This document shows, piece after piece, positions 42,999 through 52,923 of a DNA stretch of 64,000 nt; the stretch's first letter is position 1; every line of letters starts with the position of its first letter. The notes below the pieces were generated by a model. It was not told the DNA's origin, did no database searches, and worked only from the letters and a program-made list of their open reading frames with translations. The position numbers were made by a program, and so were the translations under genes. The stretch is from NCBI GenBank assembly GCA_037142675.1, contig JBAXAF010000002.1, positions 13,300-77,299 of the forward strand. Direction: 5' to 3'. This stretch comes from Candidatus Berkelbacteria bacterium. GTDB lineage: Bacteria; Patescibacteriota; UBA1384; XYA2-FULL-43-10; CAINNR01.

Positions 42999-43957
42999 TA
43001 TTTTAATTTTTTACTTTTAATCTCTCGCTTCATATCTGCAATTTCTTTTTTCAACTCAATCATTTTAAGTTCACGGCCAGTCATGTATTTATTTAGTTTC
43101 TCGAGATCTGCTGTTCGTTCTTTAATTTTTTCTTCAGTATTTTCTATAGAATTTTTTAGGGACGCTGTCATTTTATTGAAATCGACTGCAAATGAGCCAA
43201 TTTCATCCTTGCTATTAATGCTAACATTTGTTTCTAGTTTTCCACTTGTGATTTCTTTAGCTGCAACTTTAAACATGCCAAGTGGAACCATAAAGGTTTT
43301 GACTATGAGAGAAAGGATGAAGATCATAGCAAAGAAAAAGAGTGCAACAAATCCCATCATGCCCCATTTTTGAAAAACCATTAGACTGGCTAAATAATCT
43401 TTAGCTTCATCAATAGATTTGGTTGACGTCGCTGAGGCAGAATCAAGTTCTGATCCTCTTCTGGCAAGATATTTCTCAATTCCAGCCGCATAAATATCTT
43501 TTTGTTTGGTGTACTCCTCGCCATCCAATATTTTTTGGGCTTCTGCTAAATCATTTTTTTCTATTAAAGCGAAGGCTTCAGTTTCAAGATTAAATAAAGC
43601 ATCATTGGCCCCAGAAATGCTTTCAAAAATTGCCCTGTCTTCTGGATTTGCTTCAATTGCCTCCTCGATTCTCAAAAACAGCTTGGGAAGATATTTATCG
43701 TAGCGAGTTTTCCATTTTATGTCGCCTGTGAAAGCGTAGTTCCTAATTGACTGAGTCAGGACTTCGTCGTCATATCGTATCAGTTGGGCTGTGACATCGA
43801 GCTTAGAATTTTTCTGAACGTCTTCGATTGCTTTAGGCAAATTTTTTTTCAAATAATCTTCTATCGTCGTCGTACCCCGAATTGAGAAATATCCAAAAAA
43901 TCCAAAGATTAGAAAGATGGCACCGAAATATATTATAAATCTTTTTTTAATTGTCAT
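42998..43957 (-). CDS. Membrane sensor-like HAMP protein without an output domain
   Basis: 2 TM, helical periplasmic domain, DEIG.F..FNKM, C-terminal GRELKMIELKKEI. Confidence 0.8.
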   Translation of the reverse strand: MTIKKRFIIYFGAIFLIFGFFGYFSIRGTTTIEDYLKKNLPKAIEDVQKNSKLDVTAQLIRYDDEVLTQSIRNYAFTGDIKWKTRYDKYLPKLFLRIEEAIEANPEDRAIFESISGANDALFNLETEAFALIEKNDLAEAQKILDGEEYTKQKDIYAAGIEKYLARRGSELDSASATSTKSIDEAKDYLASLMVFQKWGMMGFVALFFFAMIFILSLIVKTFMVPLGMFKVAAKEITSGKLETNVSINSKDEIGSFAVDFNKMTASLKNSIENTEEKIKERTADLEKLNKYMTGRELKMIELKKEIADMKREIKSKKLK

Positions 43958-44157
43958 TTAACTTCCTTTATAATTTCCAAAATATCTTGGACAATCTTCA
44001 TGTGTCGCTCTTCGTCATCGTGAATTCCCTGAATAACCTCTTTTTCATGGGCAGTTTCTTTTTCTAACAGAAGTTCCTGATAATAATCATGAGCTTTTTT
44101 TTCGATCGAAAATAACTCTTCGAATGACTGGACTAATTTTTCCTTGCTTTGGCTCAT
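43954..44157 (-). CDS. Small ferritin/rubrerythrin-like protein
   Basis: E..A..YY ... DEERH half-ferritin motif. Confidence 0.65.
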   Translation of the reverse strand: MSQSKEKLVQSFEELFSIEKKAHDYYQELLLEKETAHEKEVIQGIHDDEERHMKIVQDILEIIKEVK

Positions 44158-44687
44158 GATAAATCCCTTAGCGCTTGTTCGTGCCGTTTACTATCTGATA
44201 GCAAAACTTGCAGTTTGGTAATTATTAACTCTTTTTGATCTCTTTTTAGATCTGACGCTTGAATCATTTTCTCATATTCATTTTCCAGAGACTCAACAAC
44301 GCTTTCTTCTAGTTTAATGCCGTCAGAGTACCTGCTATCAACTACCGTTTGTGGAATATTTTTACCCTGTTTCAATTCTTCAATTTCTTTTTTCAGCTCA
44401 ATCATTTTCAATTCTCGACCGATCATTAACTTATTCATTTTCTCTAACTCCCCAACTTTCTCGTCAACATTCGCTGGAACTGAAATATCTTTCAGATTAG
44501 ATTTTTTTCTTTTCAATAAACCTTTGCGCAAAGATTCCAAAGAAGAGGCGAGTTTTGACAACTCGTCTCCGCCTTTGGATTGGATAACTCTTTTTTCCAA
44601 ATTGCCTCTTGCAATTCTATTTGTAGAAACCACCAAGCTATCCAATCTTTTTTTTGAAACTAGTACTTCGCCTGCCCCTCCAGCCAT
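44154..44687 (-). CDS. Soluble HAMP + coiled-coil protein
   Basis: IARGNL..DELSKLA HAMP; GRELKMIELKKEI; C-terminal DSKRH. Confidence 0.7.
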   Translation of the reverse strand: MAGGAGEVLVSKKRLDSLVVSTNRIARGNLEKRVIQSKGGDELSKLASSLESLRKGLLKRKKSNLKDISVPANVDEKVGELEKMNKLMIGRELKMIELKKEIEELKQGKNIPQTVVDSRYSDGIKLEESVVESLENEYEKMIQASDLKRDQKELIITKLQVLLSDSKRHEQALRDLS

Positions 44688-44700
44688 ATATACCCTATTG

Positions 44701-45153
44701 TTATCTTGTTACACTAATCGTTTTGCTATTTTCTGCGCTTGGCGCCGCCACTGTAATTCTGTTGTTGGCAGTTTTTAAGATTGTATATCCTGCGCTATTC
44801 ACCGTTCCACCAGTTGGATCTTTTGGAATAGAGGTTAAATATTTTTCGCTGGCTGTCAAAACACCAAGATCAATTAAACCAGTGCAAGTTCCGCCAGTTG
44901 CACAAACAGCCGTCGGTGTTGTTGTGATTGTTGCCGGAATTGTCCCATTAGTATCGACTGCATACTGATAGGCAGCATTTAGAATTGTATTTACGTCGGT
45001 CTCACGTTGTGCATTTCGCGAATCAGCAAGTTGTTTTGCTGGGTTAATAGCAATAATAACGATTGCTGCCAAAATTGCGATGATAGCGATGACCAAAAGA
45101 ATTTCAAGCAGTGTGAAACCTTTTTTTGTTTTACATTTTTTTACACAACCCAT
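44701..45153 (-). CDS. Type IV pilin
   Basis: KKGFTLLEILLVIAII prepilin motif. Confidence 0.92.
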   Translation of the reverse strand: MGCVKKCKTKKGFTLLEILLVIAIIAILAAIVIIAINPAKQLADSRNAQRETDVNTILNAAYQYAVDTNGTIPATITTTPTAVCATGGTCTGLIDLGVLTASEKYLTSIPKDPTGGTVNSAGYTILKTANNRITVAAPSAENSKTISVTR

Positions 45154-45178
45154 AATCTCCTCCTATTAAAAATACTAA

Positions 45179-45640
45179 TTATTTTGTCACACTAACTGTT
45201 TTACCTTGCTCAGCACTTGGCGCACAAACCGTAATTCTGTTATTAGCGCTTTTGGAGATGTAATAACCGGTGCCATCAGTTGATGATGTTGTAGGATCAA
45301 TTGGCAGTGATGTAACGTATTTCTGAGCTGTGGTCAAAACAGAAAGATCAACTCCAGCCGAACAGGTGCCAGTTGCGGTGGCTTTGCAGATTTGGTTAGC
45401 AGCAACAAGAGCACAAGAACCAGTCGGGATAGTTGGCATTGATCCACTGTTGTCGATAGCATACTGATAAGTAGCGTTTAACACTGTCTCAACGTCTGTT
45501 TGACGCTGTGCATTTCGCGAATCAGCAAGTTGTTTTGCTGGGTTAATAGCAATAATAACGATTGCTGCCAAAATTGCGATGATAGCGATGACCAAAAGAA
45601 TTTCAAGCAGTGTGAAACCTTTTTTTGTTTTAAATCTCAT
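45179..45640 (-). CDS. Type IV pilin (paralog)
   Basis: KKGFTLLEILLVIAII prepilin motif. Confidence 0.92.
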   Translation of the reverse strand: MRFKTKKGFTLLEILLVIAIIAILAAIVIIAINPAKQLADSRNAQRQTDVETVLNATYQYAIDNSGSMPTIPTGSCALVAANQICKATATGTCSAGVDLSVLTTAQKYVTSLPIDPTTSSTDGTGYYISKSANNRITVCAPSAEQGKTVSVTK

Positions 45641-45677
45641 AATCCCCTCCATTTATTTAACTATTTAAACTATTATA

Positions 45678-46121
45678 TCAGAAATCTGCCACCTCTTGCC
45701 AAGAGGAGATAATAATCTTTGGCGAAATTTGGCTAATGGTAACTTTAACTTTTCTGACCACACCATTGATTGTACCGCTGGAGTCAATTGTTCGAATCTG
45801 ACCAACGCCAGCTGTTACAGTCGAGGTGCAGCTATCGCCGTTGATTGTTAAATTATTAGTACCGGAGTAAGCGGTGTTATCTCTGATTCGCTGAAGTGCA
45901 TCTTCGGCACAAGCATCTGCTAGTGATTTGCCAATGTCAGATTGGGATAACGCCAACGAAGAACGAGAGTAAGATAATCCAAGAAAAAGCATTGAAGTTG
46001 CTACAACTAAACCTACGGCAGAAACAACAAGGACACCTATTAATGTAACGTATCCTGGTTTGGTTTCGACCAGAGGCCGACCAGCCTTGGGCTGGTGTAT
46101 CTTGTAATAAATATTATTCAT
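45678..46121 (-). CDS. Minor pilin (PilX-like)
   Basis: GYVTLIGVLVV; ADACAEDAL; WQEV end. Confidence 0.75.
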   Translation of the reverse strand: MNNIYYKIHQPKAGRPLVETKPGYVTLIGVLVVSAVGLVVATSMLFLGLSYSRSSLALSQSDIGKSLADACAEDALQRIRDNTAYSGTNNLTINGDSCTSTVTAGVGQIRTIDSSGTINGVVRKVKVTISQISPKIIISSWQEVADF

Positions 46122-46684
46122 CTTAAACTAGCTGCCCCAGTAAAAGTTTTTGAAAAATCATATTCATTGCGACCAGAATTATTAATATAGCTGACTGTAA
46201 AAGATACCTTTATTACCCCCTTGGTCGACGCAGCAGAGAGGTTTTGGAAGTTAAGTGCTGTGATTGCAACCTTTGGGGTCGTTAAGTTAACTGGAGCAAG
46301 CGCGTCTTCTGAAACTCTAATGGTGCCAGTTGTTAAATCAAAAACCGTTGGGTTTTTTGCCGGTGTAGTTGACGTCAATGTGATAGCTGCGGCCGAAGTA
46401 CCAACGGCAGGGGAGGCAATACTACTTGAATTGCGAATGGCCTGCGTAATCTGTTCCATGGCGATTGTTCCCTGCTGTTCGACTTCAGCGATAGTCTGAT
46501 TTTTTACTCTGGAACGCAAAGTTTCAAAATAAAAAACTGAAACTGAAAGTAAAATAATGCCAGTTAGTGAGATATACAACAACAATTCAATTAAAGTGAA
46601 TCCTTTTTGATTTAAATTTTCTGATTTTGAGTTACAATTTTGCATTTTAACTTTCGAATTTTGAGTTTTTAAAAAATGTCCCAA
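46118..46684 (-). CDS. Minor pilin (PilW-like)
   Basis: QKGFTLIELLLYI. Confidence 0.85.
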   Translation of the reverse strand: MGHFLKTQNSKVKMQNCNSKSENLNQKGFTLIELLLYISLTGIILLSVSVFYFETLRSRVKNQTIAEVEQQGTIAMEQITQAIRNSSSIASPAVGTSAAAITLTSTTPAKNPTVFDLTTGTIRVSEDALAPVNLTTPKVAITALNFQNLSAASTKGVIKVSFTVSYINNSGRNEYDFSKTFTGAASLR

Positions 46685-48423
46685 GCGAAATCATAATAAT
46701 AATCCTCAGGCGAGGCGCCAGATGAAACATGATTATTGAAACCCCAGGCGTCAGCAGATCCATAGACTGCATGGGCTGTTCCATTCCAAACAATTGAAGA
46801 CAGCGATCTATTCTGCTCGCCCAAAAGTATCATTAGATCATTAGTCGTTGGATTTGCTATGGTCCGTACGGTTTTTAAGTTTGAACCAAGATTATTGATT
46901 GTAGTGGCAGCGGCATCAAAGGTATTTGTTGTTGGATTATACTTTTTTATTTGTGGTGTCACACTTTGATTAGCGTAAAGGGCAATTGCATTTACTCCCG
47001 CCATTTCGTAGCCGACATCATAGGCTTTTTGAATATCGGCATCAGCTAAAGTCGCAACAATTTGATTAGTTGGATTTGTTAAAGTTGGAGTAATGTCTGC
47101 CCGATAGCAAATTACTTGTGGTACCGTGTTTTGACTACAAACCAGGAACTCATTACTACTCGGTCTAGCCATCACTCTCATAGCAGCTAACCTGGTAGGA
47201 GATGATCCTTGATTCGCCCCGTTCGTGGTATTACTCCAGCTTCCGCCTCCTGTACCGTTAGCAGTGAAAACTTTGTAGCGGATTGAGCGATCATTTTGAT
47301 TATTGCTAAAAGCCATTAGGCCCTTAGTTGGGGAAAGCGGGCTCCAATCAAAATCAATTAATCGTTTTGTAGCAACCGGCGCCTGAGTCGAGTGCTCAGA
47401 GTGAGCAGTCCAGTCGGCTGTCGTGTAGCCTGTGCCATCATAGTATTGGGAGTTTGTGTCAGATTGATTGTCGAATACTATTGCCATAATCTCGCTAGTT
47501 CCAGGCCGGACTTTCATTACAATGTAGACAGGTACGCCACCAGAAATTTGGGCCGAAACTGCGGAACCCCAAACTGAACCGTTCCAAACTCGAAATTTTG
47601 GCGTTGTAGTGTTATCGGAGTACATGGTGACAAAATCACCATTTGCCAAATAAACCCCATCGAAATTCTGAACATCCAAAAAGGTGATCGCTGGAATTGT
47701 CGAAATTAATGTCGGTGTATTCCAAGTAGTTCCGTTCCAAACTTGAGAATAGATGTATTGATTAACTCCATTGTAGTGCCGGGAAATTAGAATTTTTTCA
47801 TTTCTAGTAGTCGAAGAGTAAAGTTTGGCTGCTCGCATGACCTTGTTGGTTGTTGCACCGTCGACATCAGAAGTCGCGGCGGCGGCACTCCAAGTGTTAG
47901 TATTGGCATCAAAAATTTTGTACTCCATGGCATCTGTCGTAGTACCACCATTACTGTAAACGAGCATGCCGCCTTTATTGACCGAAACTGTTGTTGACCA
48001 GTTAGCTAAGTAAGTTGTAAGGGCAATTGATCCAGAGCGTTGCAAATTTTGTACCCAAGTGACAGTTGAGGTAATTTTTTTACGTTTCGAATCAACCGTA
48101 GAGATATTAATCGCTCTAGAAAAAATGTCAGTTACGTCTGGTGTTGAAACTGGCACAAGAGAATATGTCGTGCCTGAGACCGCTAAACTATAATTGCCGT
48201 CAGACAAATTAGCCCAGGCGTTGTCACGAATATTTCGCACCGCCTCTAGGCCCTCCTTGGCTACAAAGTGGGCACGGTCGCGTTTGCCAGCCAATGCAGT
48301 GCTCTCTCTGCCATATATATAAGCGCCAGAAAAAGCTGTTACAACCAGAGAGAAAAGAGCGGCGGCCAAAAGCGCTTCAACTATACTATATGATTTTCTA
48401 GTTTTTAGTAGATATTTTTTCAT
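46669..48423 (-). CDS. Large minor pilin (PilV-like N-terminus + beta-repeat adhesin-like domain)
   Basis: SYSIVEALLA; EGLEAVR; WNG..W repeats. Confidence 0.8.
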   Translation of the reverse strand: MKKYLLKTRKSYSIVEALLAAALFSLVVTAFSGAYIYGRESTALAGKRDRAHFVAKEGLEAVRNIRDNAWANLSDGNYSLAVSGTTYSLVPVSTPDVTDIFSRAINISTVDSKRKKITSTVTWVQNLQRSGSIALTTYLANWSTTVSVNKGGMLVYSNGGTTTDAMEYKIFDANTNTWSAAAATSDVDGATTNKVMRAAKLYSSTTRNEKILISRHYNGVNQYIYSQVWNGTTWNTPTLISTIPAITFLDVQNFDGVYLANGDFVTMYSDNTTTPKFRVWNGSVWGSAVSAQISGGVPVYIVMKVRPGTSEIMAIVFDNQSDTNSQYYDGTGYTTADWTAHSEHSTQAPVATKRLIDFDWSPLSPTKGLMAFSNNQNDRSIRYKVFTANGTGGGSWSNTTNGANQGSSPTRLAAMRVMARPSSNEFLVCSQNTVPQVICYRADITPTLTNPTNQIVATLADADIQKAYDVGYEMAGVNAIALYANQSVTPQIKKYNPTTNTFDAAATTINNLGSNLKTVRTIANPTTNDLMILLGEQNRSLSSIVWNGTAHAVYGSADAWGFNNHVSSGASPEDYYYDFAWDIF

Positions 48424-48860
48424 TAAAAATCTGCCACGCCTTTAGCGTTTATTGTGATAGTCCTTGAATCGTTTTGCACCGAAGTCATTGTTAAAGATGG
48501 AGTTGAATTTGGAACACCAGTCATTTTTGCAAAATAAATTTCAGTCGGTGCCGACAATGTCATGTTGGTTGGAAATGTTGTTATTTCATCATAGGTCGCG
48601 TCACGGCCAACATAGGTTGTGCCTTTATACAATGTAATATTGCCTGGATCAATTCGAACACCCCACGATGAATCACCCTGAGACGAGATTGATAATACCT
48701 GTGACCGACGAAGTGCCTGCTCAAAACTCTGGGCAGCAACATCCAAATCGTTTTTATTTTGTGATCGCAAATAAAGAGGAACCGAAAATCCAGCGATCAC
48801 CGTAATTGTTGCGACCGAGAGCAAAACTTCAATTAAAGTGAAACCGGTTCTTTTCTTCAT
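48423..48860 (-). CDS. Minor pilin (FimT-like)
   Basis: GFTLIEVLL; ITINAKG end. Confidence 0.85.
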   Translation of the reverse strand: MKKRTGFTLIEVLLSVATITVIAGFSVPLYLRSQNKNDLDVAAQSFEQALRRSQVLSISSQGDSSWGVRIDPGNITLYKGTTYVGRDATYDEITTFPTNMTLSAPTEIYFAKMTGVPNSTPSLTMTSVQNDSRTITINAKGVADF

Positions 48861-48861
48861 A

Positions 48862-49980
48862 CTATTGAATAGCGCTATTCATGCCGCCAACCAAACCGTA
48901 AATCGGCATAATTACTGAAAGTGCGACAAATAGGACTCCGAGCCAAACAATAACCAGAAATACGGGTTCCAAAATTGTTGCTAGGTTTTTTGCTGAGACA
49001 TCAGCTTTTTCCTCGTACATTTGACCAATTCGGATTAATGTTTCTGACAAACTTCCAGACTGCTCGCTAACTATTATCATTTGTTGAATTGTTTTCGGCA
49101 TTAACTTTGCACTTCCTTTGTAACTTGCAAAGCTTTTCTGGAAACTGTTTCCCTCACTGATAGTTTTTGAAACTGCTGTGTAGAACTTGGTGTACGCTGT
49201 AATTGTTGAAGAGTCAGCTAAAGCATCCAGTGCTTCAACTATTGGCATGCCAGCATCAATCAAACTTCCAAGAATATAACCGGACCGAGAAAGTTCTGAT
49301 TGCAGCAATATGCCTCTGGTTGCAGGAATAGCAAAAATTATTGCCTGTCCGATAAATTTTGTTGAAGGAAAAAAGAAAATAAAATACACAAGCAGTAGCA
49401 AACCACCAAGAAATGATGGGACAAATATTAGACCGTCGGCTCGAAGAAAATTTCCAAATGAAATAAGAGCAATGGTAATTTTTGGCAATTTCACATGAAG
49501 CTGGGAAAAAACCGTAGATAATTTCGGTAAAATAAACCAGGTAACGCCTGAGCCAACAAAAAGAATGAGGAAAAAAACAAACAAAGGGTACGCCATTGCC
49601 GAACGAATTTTAGACCTAAACATTTTATCTTTGGACTGACTTTGTGCAACAATCTTTAAGTTTTCCGATAACCTGCCTGATTGTTCTCCAATACGAATAA
49701 GTGAGATAAAATGTTTTTGAAATATTCCAGCTTTCTCCATCGAACGCCAGAGCGTAGCTCCAGAAGCAATATCATCTAAAAGCTCTGTGATAATTTTTTT
49801 AAGCGCACCTGACCTAACCTCCTCCTTTAAAGACTGAAGTGCGGCGACAATTGGCATACCAGAAGCAAGTAGCACCGAAAGGTTCTCAATAAAAAAATCT
49901 TTTTCTTCACCAATCATTAAATTGGTAAAAAAACTTAGTTTATTCTGCGTAGTTTTTTTCTCAAGCTTTTTTTCCACCAT
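48862..49980 (-). CDS. pilC: Type IV pilus platform protein (PilC/GspF)
   Basis: GEQSGRL, AMAYP, EQSGSL, LEP, MPIY. Confidence 0.92.
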   Translation of the reverse strand: MVEKKLEKKTTQNKLSFFTNLMIGEEKDFFIENLSVLLASGMPIVAALQSLKEEVRSGALKKIITELLDDIASGATLWRSMEKAGIFQKHFISLIRIGEQSGRLSENLKIVAQSQSKDKMFRSKIRSAMAYPLFVFFLILFVGSGVTWFILPKLSTVFSQLHVKLPKITIALISFGNFLRADGLIFVPSFLGGLLLLVYFIFFFPSTKFIGQAIIFAIPATRGILLQSELSRSGYILGSLIDAGMPIVEALDALADSSTITAYTKFYTAVSKTISEGNSFQKSFASYKGSAKLMPKTIQQMIIVSEQSGSLSETLIRIGQMYEEKADVSAKNLATILEPVFLVIVWLGVLFVALSVIMPIYGLVGGMNSAIQ

Positions 49981-49981
49981 A

Positions 49982-51664
49982 CTACTCCGGAGGATTTGCT
50001 ACGCGTATTAATTCATCCAATGTAGTGACACCGGCCAATACTTTATCCAAGCCATCTTCAAACATGGTGCGATTCCCAGCTTTAGTTGCAATCTGGCGGA
50101 TTTCCTCTGATGATGGATGCTCCATGATTTTGGCTTTAATTTCCTTAGTCATTTCTATCATTTCAAAAATTGCTGTTCTACCTTTAAACCCGCTATGGTT
50201 GCAAGCTTCACAACCGGGAGCCACGTAGAGAGAAGCCTTTTCTGGTAAATATTTAGCGGCTTCAGGATATTTTTCTTTGATCTGAGCTGTTGATAGTGAC
50301 AAGCTTTTACGGCATTTTTCACAAAGCTTTCTTACTAACCGCTGAGCAATAATTATTTCCAATGTTGATGATAATAAAAACGGTTCAATTTCCATATCAA
50401 GTAATCTTGGTACAGCCGTAGCAGCATCGTTTGCATGAAAAGTTGAAAGCAAAAGATGGCCAGTAAGAGCCGCATTAACAGCAATTTCAGCTGTTTCGTT
50501 ATCACGTATTTCTCCGACAAGAATAATATCTGGATCCTGACGAACAATTGACCGAAGCCCCTTAGCAAAAGTTAAGTTAGTTTGAGAGTTTACTTGGATC
50601 TGGTTAACCCCAGTAATTCGATACTCAGCCGGGTCTTCAATAGTGGTAATATTTTTGTCAGGCGTATTTAGCATTTTTAGAACTGCATACAAGGAAGTTG
50701 TTTTTCCTGAGCCAGTCGGACCGGTAACCAAAATCATACCGAAAGGTTTTTTTGAAAATTTCTCAAGTCGCTCCTCATCGTCATGGGCTAACCCAAGATC
50801 AGACATTGTGAAGCTTCGAACGTATTGAGAAAGCAGACGTATAGAAACTTTCTCACCATCTAATATTGGAACCACAGAAACACGCATATCAACGTAACCT
50901 TCTGGGTTAGTGTAGCGCATAGAACCGTCCTGGGCTGCAGTATGTTCGTCAATTCTCAAATGCGACTCAACCTTTATTCGATTTAGAATATTCTCGTAAT
51001 ACTCTTTTGGAATTTTTCCAGCTTCCTGCAAGGCACCATCGACACGAAAGCGAATGATGGTTTCAGTTTCTTGCGGCTCAAAGTGAACATCTGAAGCATG
51101 AAAATTTATTGCATCGTTAAAAATTTCAGACAGCACTTCTGGCGCGAATTTTTCCGATTTCTCTATAATTTCTGAAAATCTAGTTTTTAGTGTCCGGCGG
51201 AAATTAATAAATTGGTCATTAATATCTTGTGTGTTTGCATAGTAAATTTCAACTTTTTTTCCAGCAAAAAACTTTTCCATTTCTGTCACAATCCCAGTTT
51301 GCTTTGGATCATCGGTAGCAACTATAACCTTTGTCGCGTCTTCTTTAAACGGGACGGCTTTAAACTTTTTGGCGACAGCTTCGGGTAATTTCAAAAGCAG
51401 CTCCTTTACAGGAGGATTAGATCCCAAGTCAGCATATTTAATATCGTAGGCCTCTGCGACAGCCTGCCCTAGTGTGTCCTGACTAATTATTGCCTCCTCA
51501 AAAAGCCAGTCAACAAAAGACGAGCCACGCTCCTTGGCTTTTTCTTCAGCTTTAGCGATATTTTCAGCCGAAACATAATTCTCTCGCAAGAGAATATCTT
51601 TCAACTTGTCGTCACTAATCACTCCCCTCCTTACACAGACGAATTTACTCGAGAATCGCACCAA
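49982..51664 (-). CDS. pilB: Type IV pilus assembly ATPase (PilB/GspE)
   Basis: ASDVHFEP, GPTGSGKTT, TIEDP, RQDPD, GEIRD, CxxC pairs. Confidence 0.93.
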   Translation of the reverse strand: MVRFSSKFVCVRRGVISDDKLKDILLRENYVSAENIAKAEEKAKERGSSFVDWLFEEAIISQDTLGQAVAEAYDIKYADLGSNPPVKELLLKLPEAVAKKFKAVPFKEDATKVIVATDDPKQTGIVTEMEKFFAGKKVEIYYANTQDINDQFINFRRTLKTRFSEIIEKSEKFAPEVLSEIFNDAINFHASDVHFEPQETETIIRFRVDGALQEAGKIPKEYYENILNRIKVESHLRIDEHTAAQDGSMRYTNPEGYVDMRVSVVPILDGEKVSIRLLSQYVRSFTMSDLGLAHDDEERLEKFSKKPFGMILVTGPTGSGKTTSLYAVLKMLNTPDKNITTIEDPAEYRITGVNQIQVNSQTNLTFAKGLRSIVRQDPDIILVGEIRDNETAEIAVNAALTGHLLLSTFHANDAATAVPRLLDMEIEPFLLSSTLEIIIAQRLVRKLCEKCRKSLSLSTAQIKEKYPEAAKYLPEKASLYVAPGCEACNHSGFKGRTAIFEMIEMTKEIKAKIMEHPSSEEIRQIATKAGNRTMFEDGLDKVLAGVTTLDELIRVANPPE

Positions 51665-52013
51665 TCTTTTCGACTATCTCGGCAACAGAAACATTTGATT
51701 TAATATAGAAATCTTTTGCACCAAGTGCCTTGGCTTTTTCTTCATCCTCGGGTTGGCTTAAATTGGATGCAACAATTACCGGAGTTTCAATACCAGCTTT
51801 TTTGGCGCCCTCAAGAAAACCAAAACCATCAAGTTTTGGCATAATTAAGTCCAGGACAATCAAATCAAAATCTCCGCTCTTTGCCTCTTCGAGTGCCTCT
51901 TCACCGTTTGAAGCCACGGTCACAACAAAACCTGAATGTTCAAGTTTTAATTTGAGGGCCTCGGCTATCGCTTGTTCGTCTTCAGCAACCAAAATCTTCT
52001 TGCCTTCAGGCAT
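51645..52013 (-). CDS. Single-domain response regulator
   Basis: ILVAEDE; LDLIMPKLDG. Confidence 0.93.
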   Translation of the reverse strand: MPEGKKILVAEDEQAIAEALKLKLEHSGFVVTVASNGEEALEEAKSGDFDLIVLDLIMPKLDGFGFLEGAKKAGIETPVIVASNLSQPEDEEKAKALGAKDFYIKSNVSVAEIVEKIGAILE

Positions 52014-52082
52014 AATCCTCCTAACTATTTAGTTAAATCCATTTTATCATGAGTGCGATAATAATGGCAAATTTATTTAGAT

Positions 52083-52544
52083 CTATTTTGCGACTTTGAC
52101 TTTTGCTGGGCGCAATATTCCACCAGCAAATTTGTAGCCGGATAAAATTTCTTCAACGATAATCCCAGATGCTTGGTCGGAATCGACTTCCTCAATTGCT
52201 TCGTGTAATTCAGGGCTGAATTCCTGACCAATCGAATCGATCCGTTCTAAACCATTTTCAAACAAAATATTTTCAAACTGTTTTTCGATTTGTTTAATTC
52301 CTTGAGCCCAATTATCAGTGTCTAATTCTTTTGGTAAATGCTTGGCTGCCAGTTGAAAATGATCTAAAACGGGTAAAAGTTGATCGATAATGTCAGCGCC
52401 AGCGCCTTGAATTAATTTGATTCGCTCATCAGCGGCCTGTTTTTTGAAATTAACAAAATCAGCCTGAGTTCGCTGCCAACCAGCGGTTAATTCAGCAATT
52501 CTCTCTTCTAAATCTTTAGCTTTCTTGCTCTCTACTTTTTTCAT
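52083..52544 (-). CDS. grpE: Nucleotide exchange factor GrpE
   Basis: RTQADFVNFKK, LLPVLD, F.PELHEA, GY....LRPAKVKV. Confidence 0.95.
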   Translation of the reverse strand: MKKVESKKAKDLEERIAELTAGWQRTQADFVNFKKQAADERIKLIQGAGADIIDQLLPVLDHFQLAAKHLPKELDTDNWAQGIKQIEKQFENILFENGLERIDSIGQEFSPELHEAIEEVDSDQASGIIVEEILSGYKFAGGILRPAKVKVAK

Positions 52545-52616
52545 AATATTTTTTAAATAAATTGCCTTGCCCGAGTGATTCGGGCAAGGACCAGAATGAT
52601 TGTTCTTGGCGGCCTC

Positions 52617-52888
52617 TCAGGCCGCAATGTGGACGCGACCACAGTTGCAGGTGATGGCATTACCTGCCAAGGTTGCCATCGAAGTGTTCGTTGCTGTATC
52701 GGCGAGTATTACCCTCGGACAAACCTCGCAGGTAGTGAGCTTAATCAACCTGCTCGCGTCCCAGTAATACTGAGAATTGCAGACCGCGCAACGCAGTACC
52801 AGTCTGCTCTTGCGTAAGACAACTACCGTTCCCTTCACTACCAGCCTCTCCGAACAGTCGTGATTCGGTGCCACGGTGATACCTCCGT
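52617..52888 (-). CDS. GC-rich Cys-rich orphan ORF (start uncertain)
   Basis: CAVC, CEVC and CNC motifs; GGAGG at about 52882-52886. Confidence 0.4.
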
Positions 52889-52923
52889 GAATCAGGCTAA
52901 GACTTGTTATATAATAGTACCTG

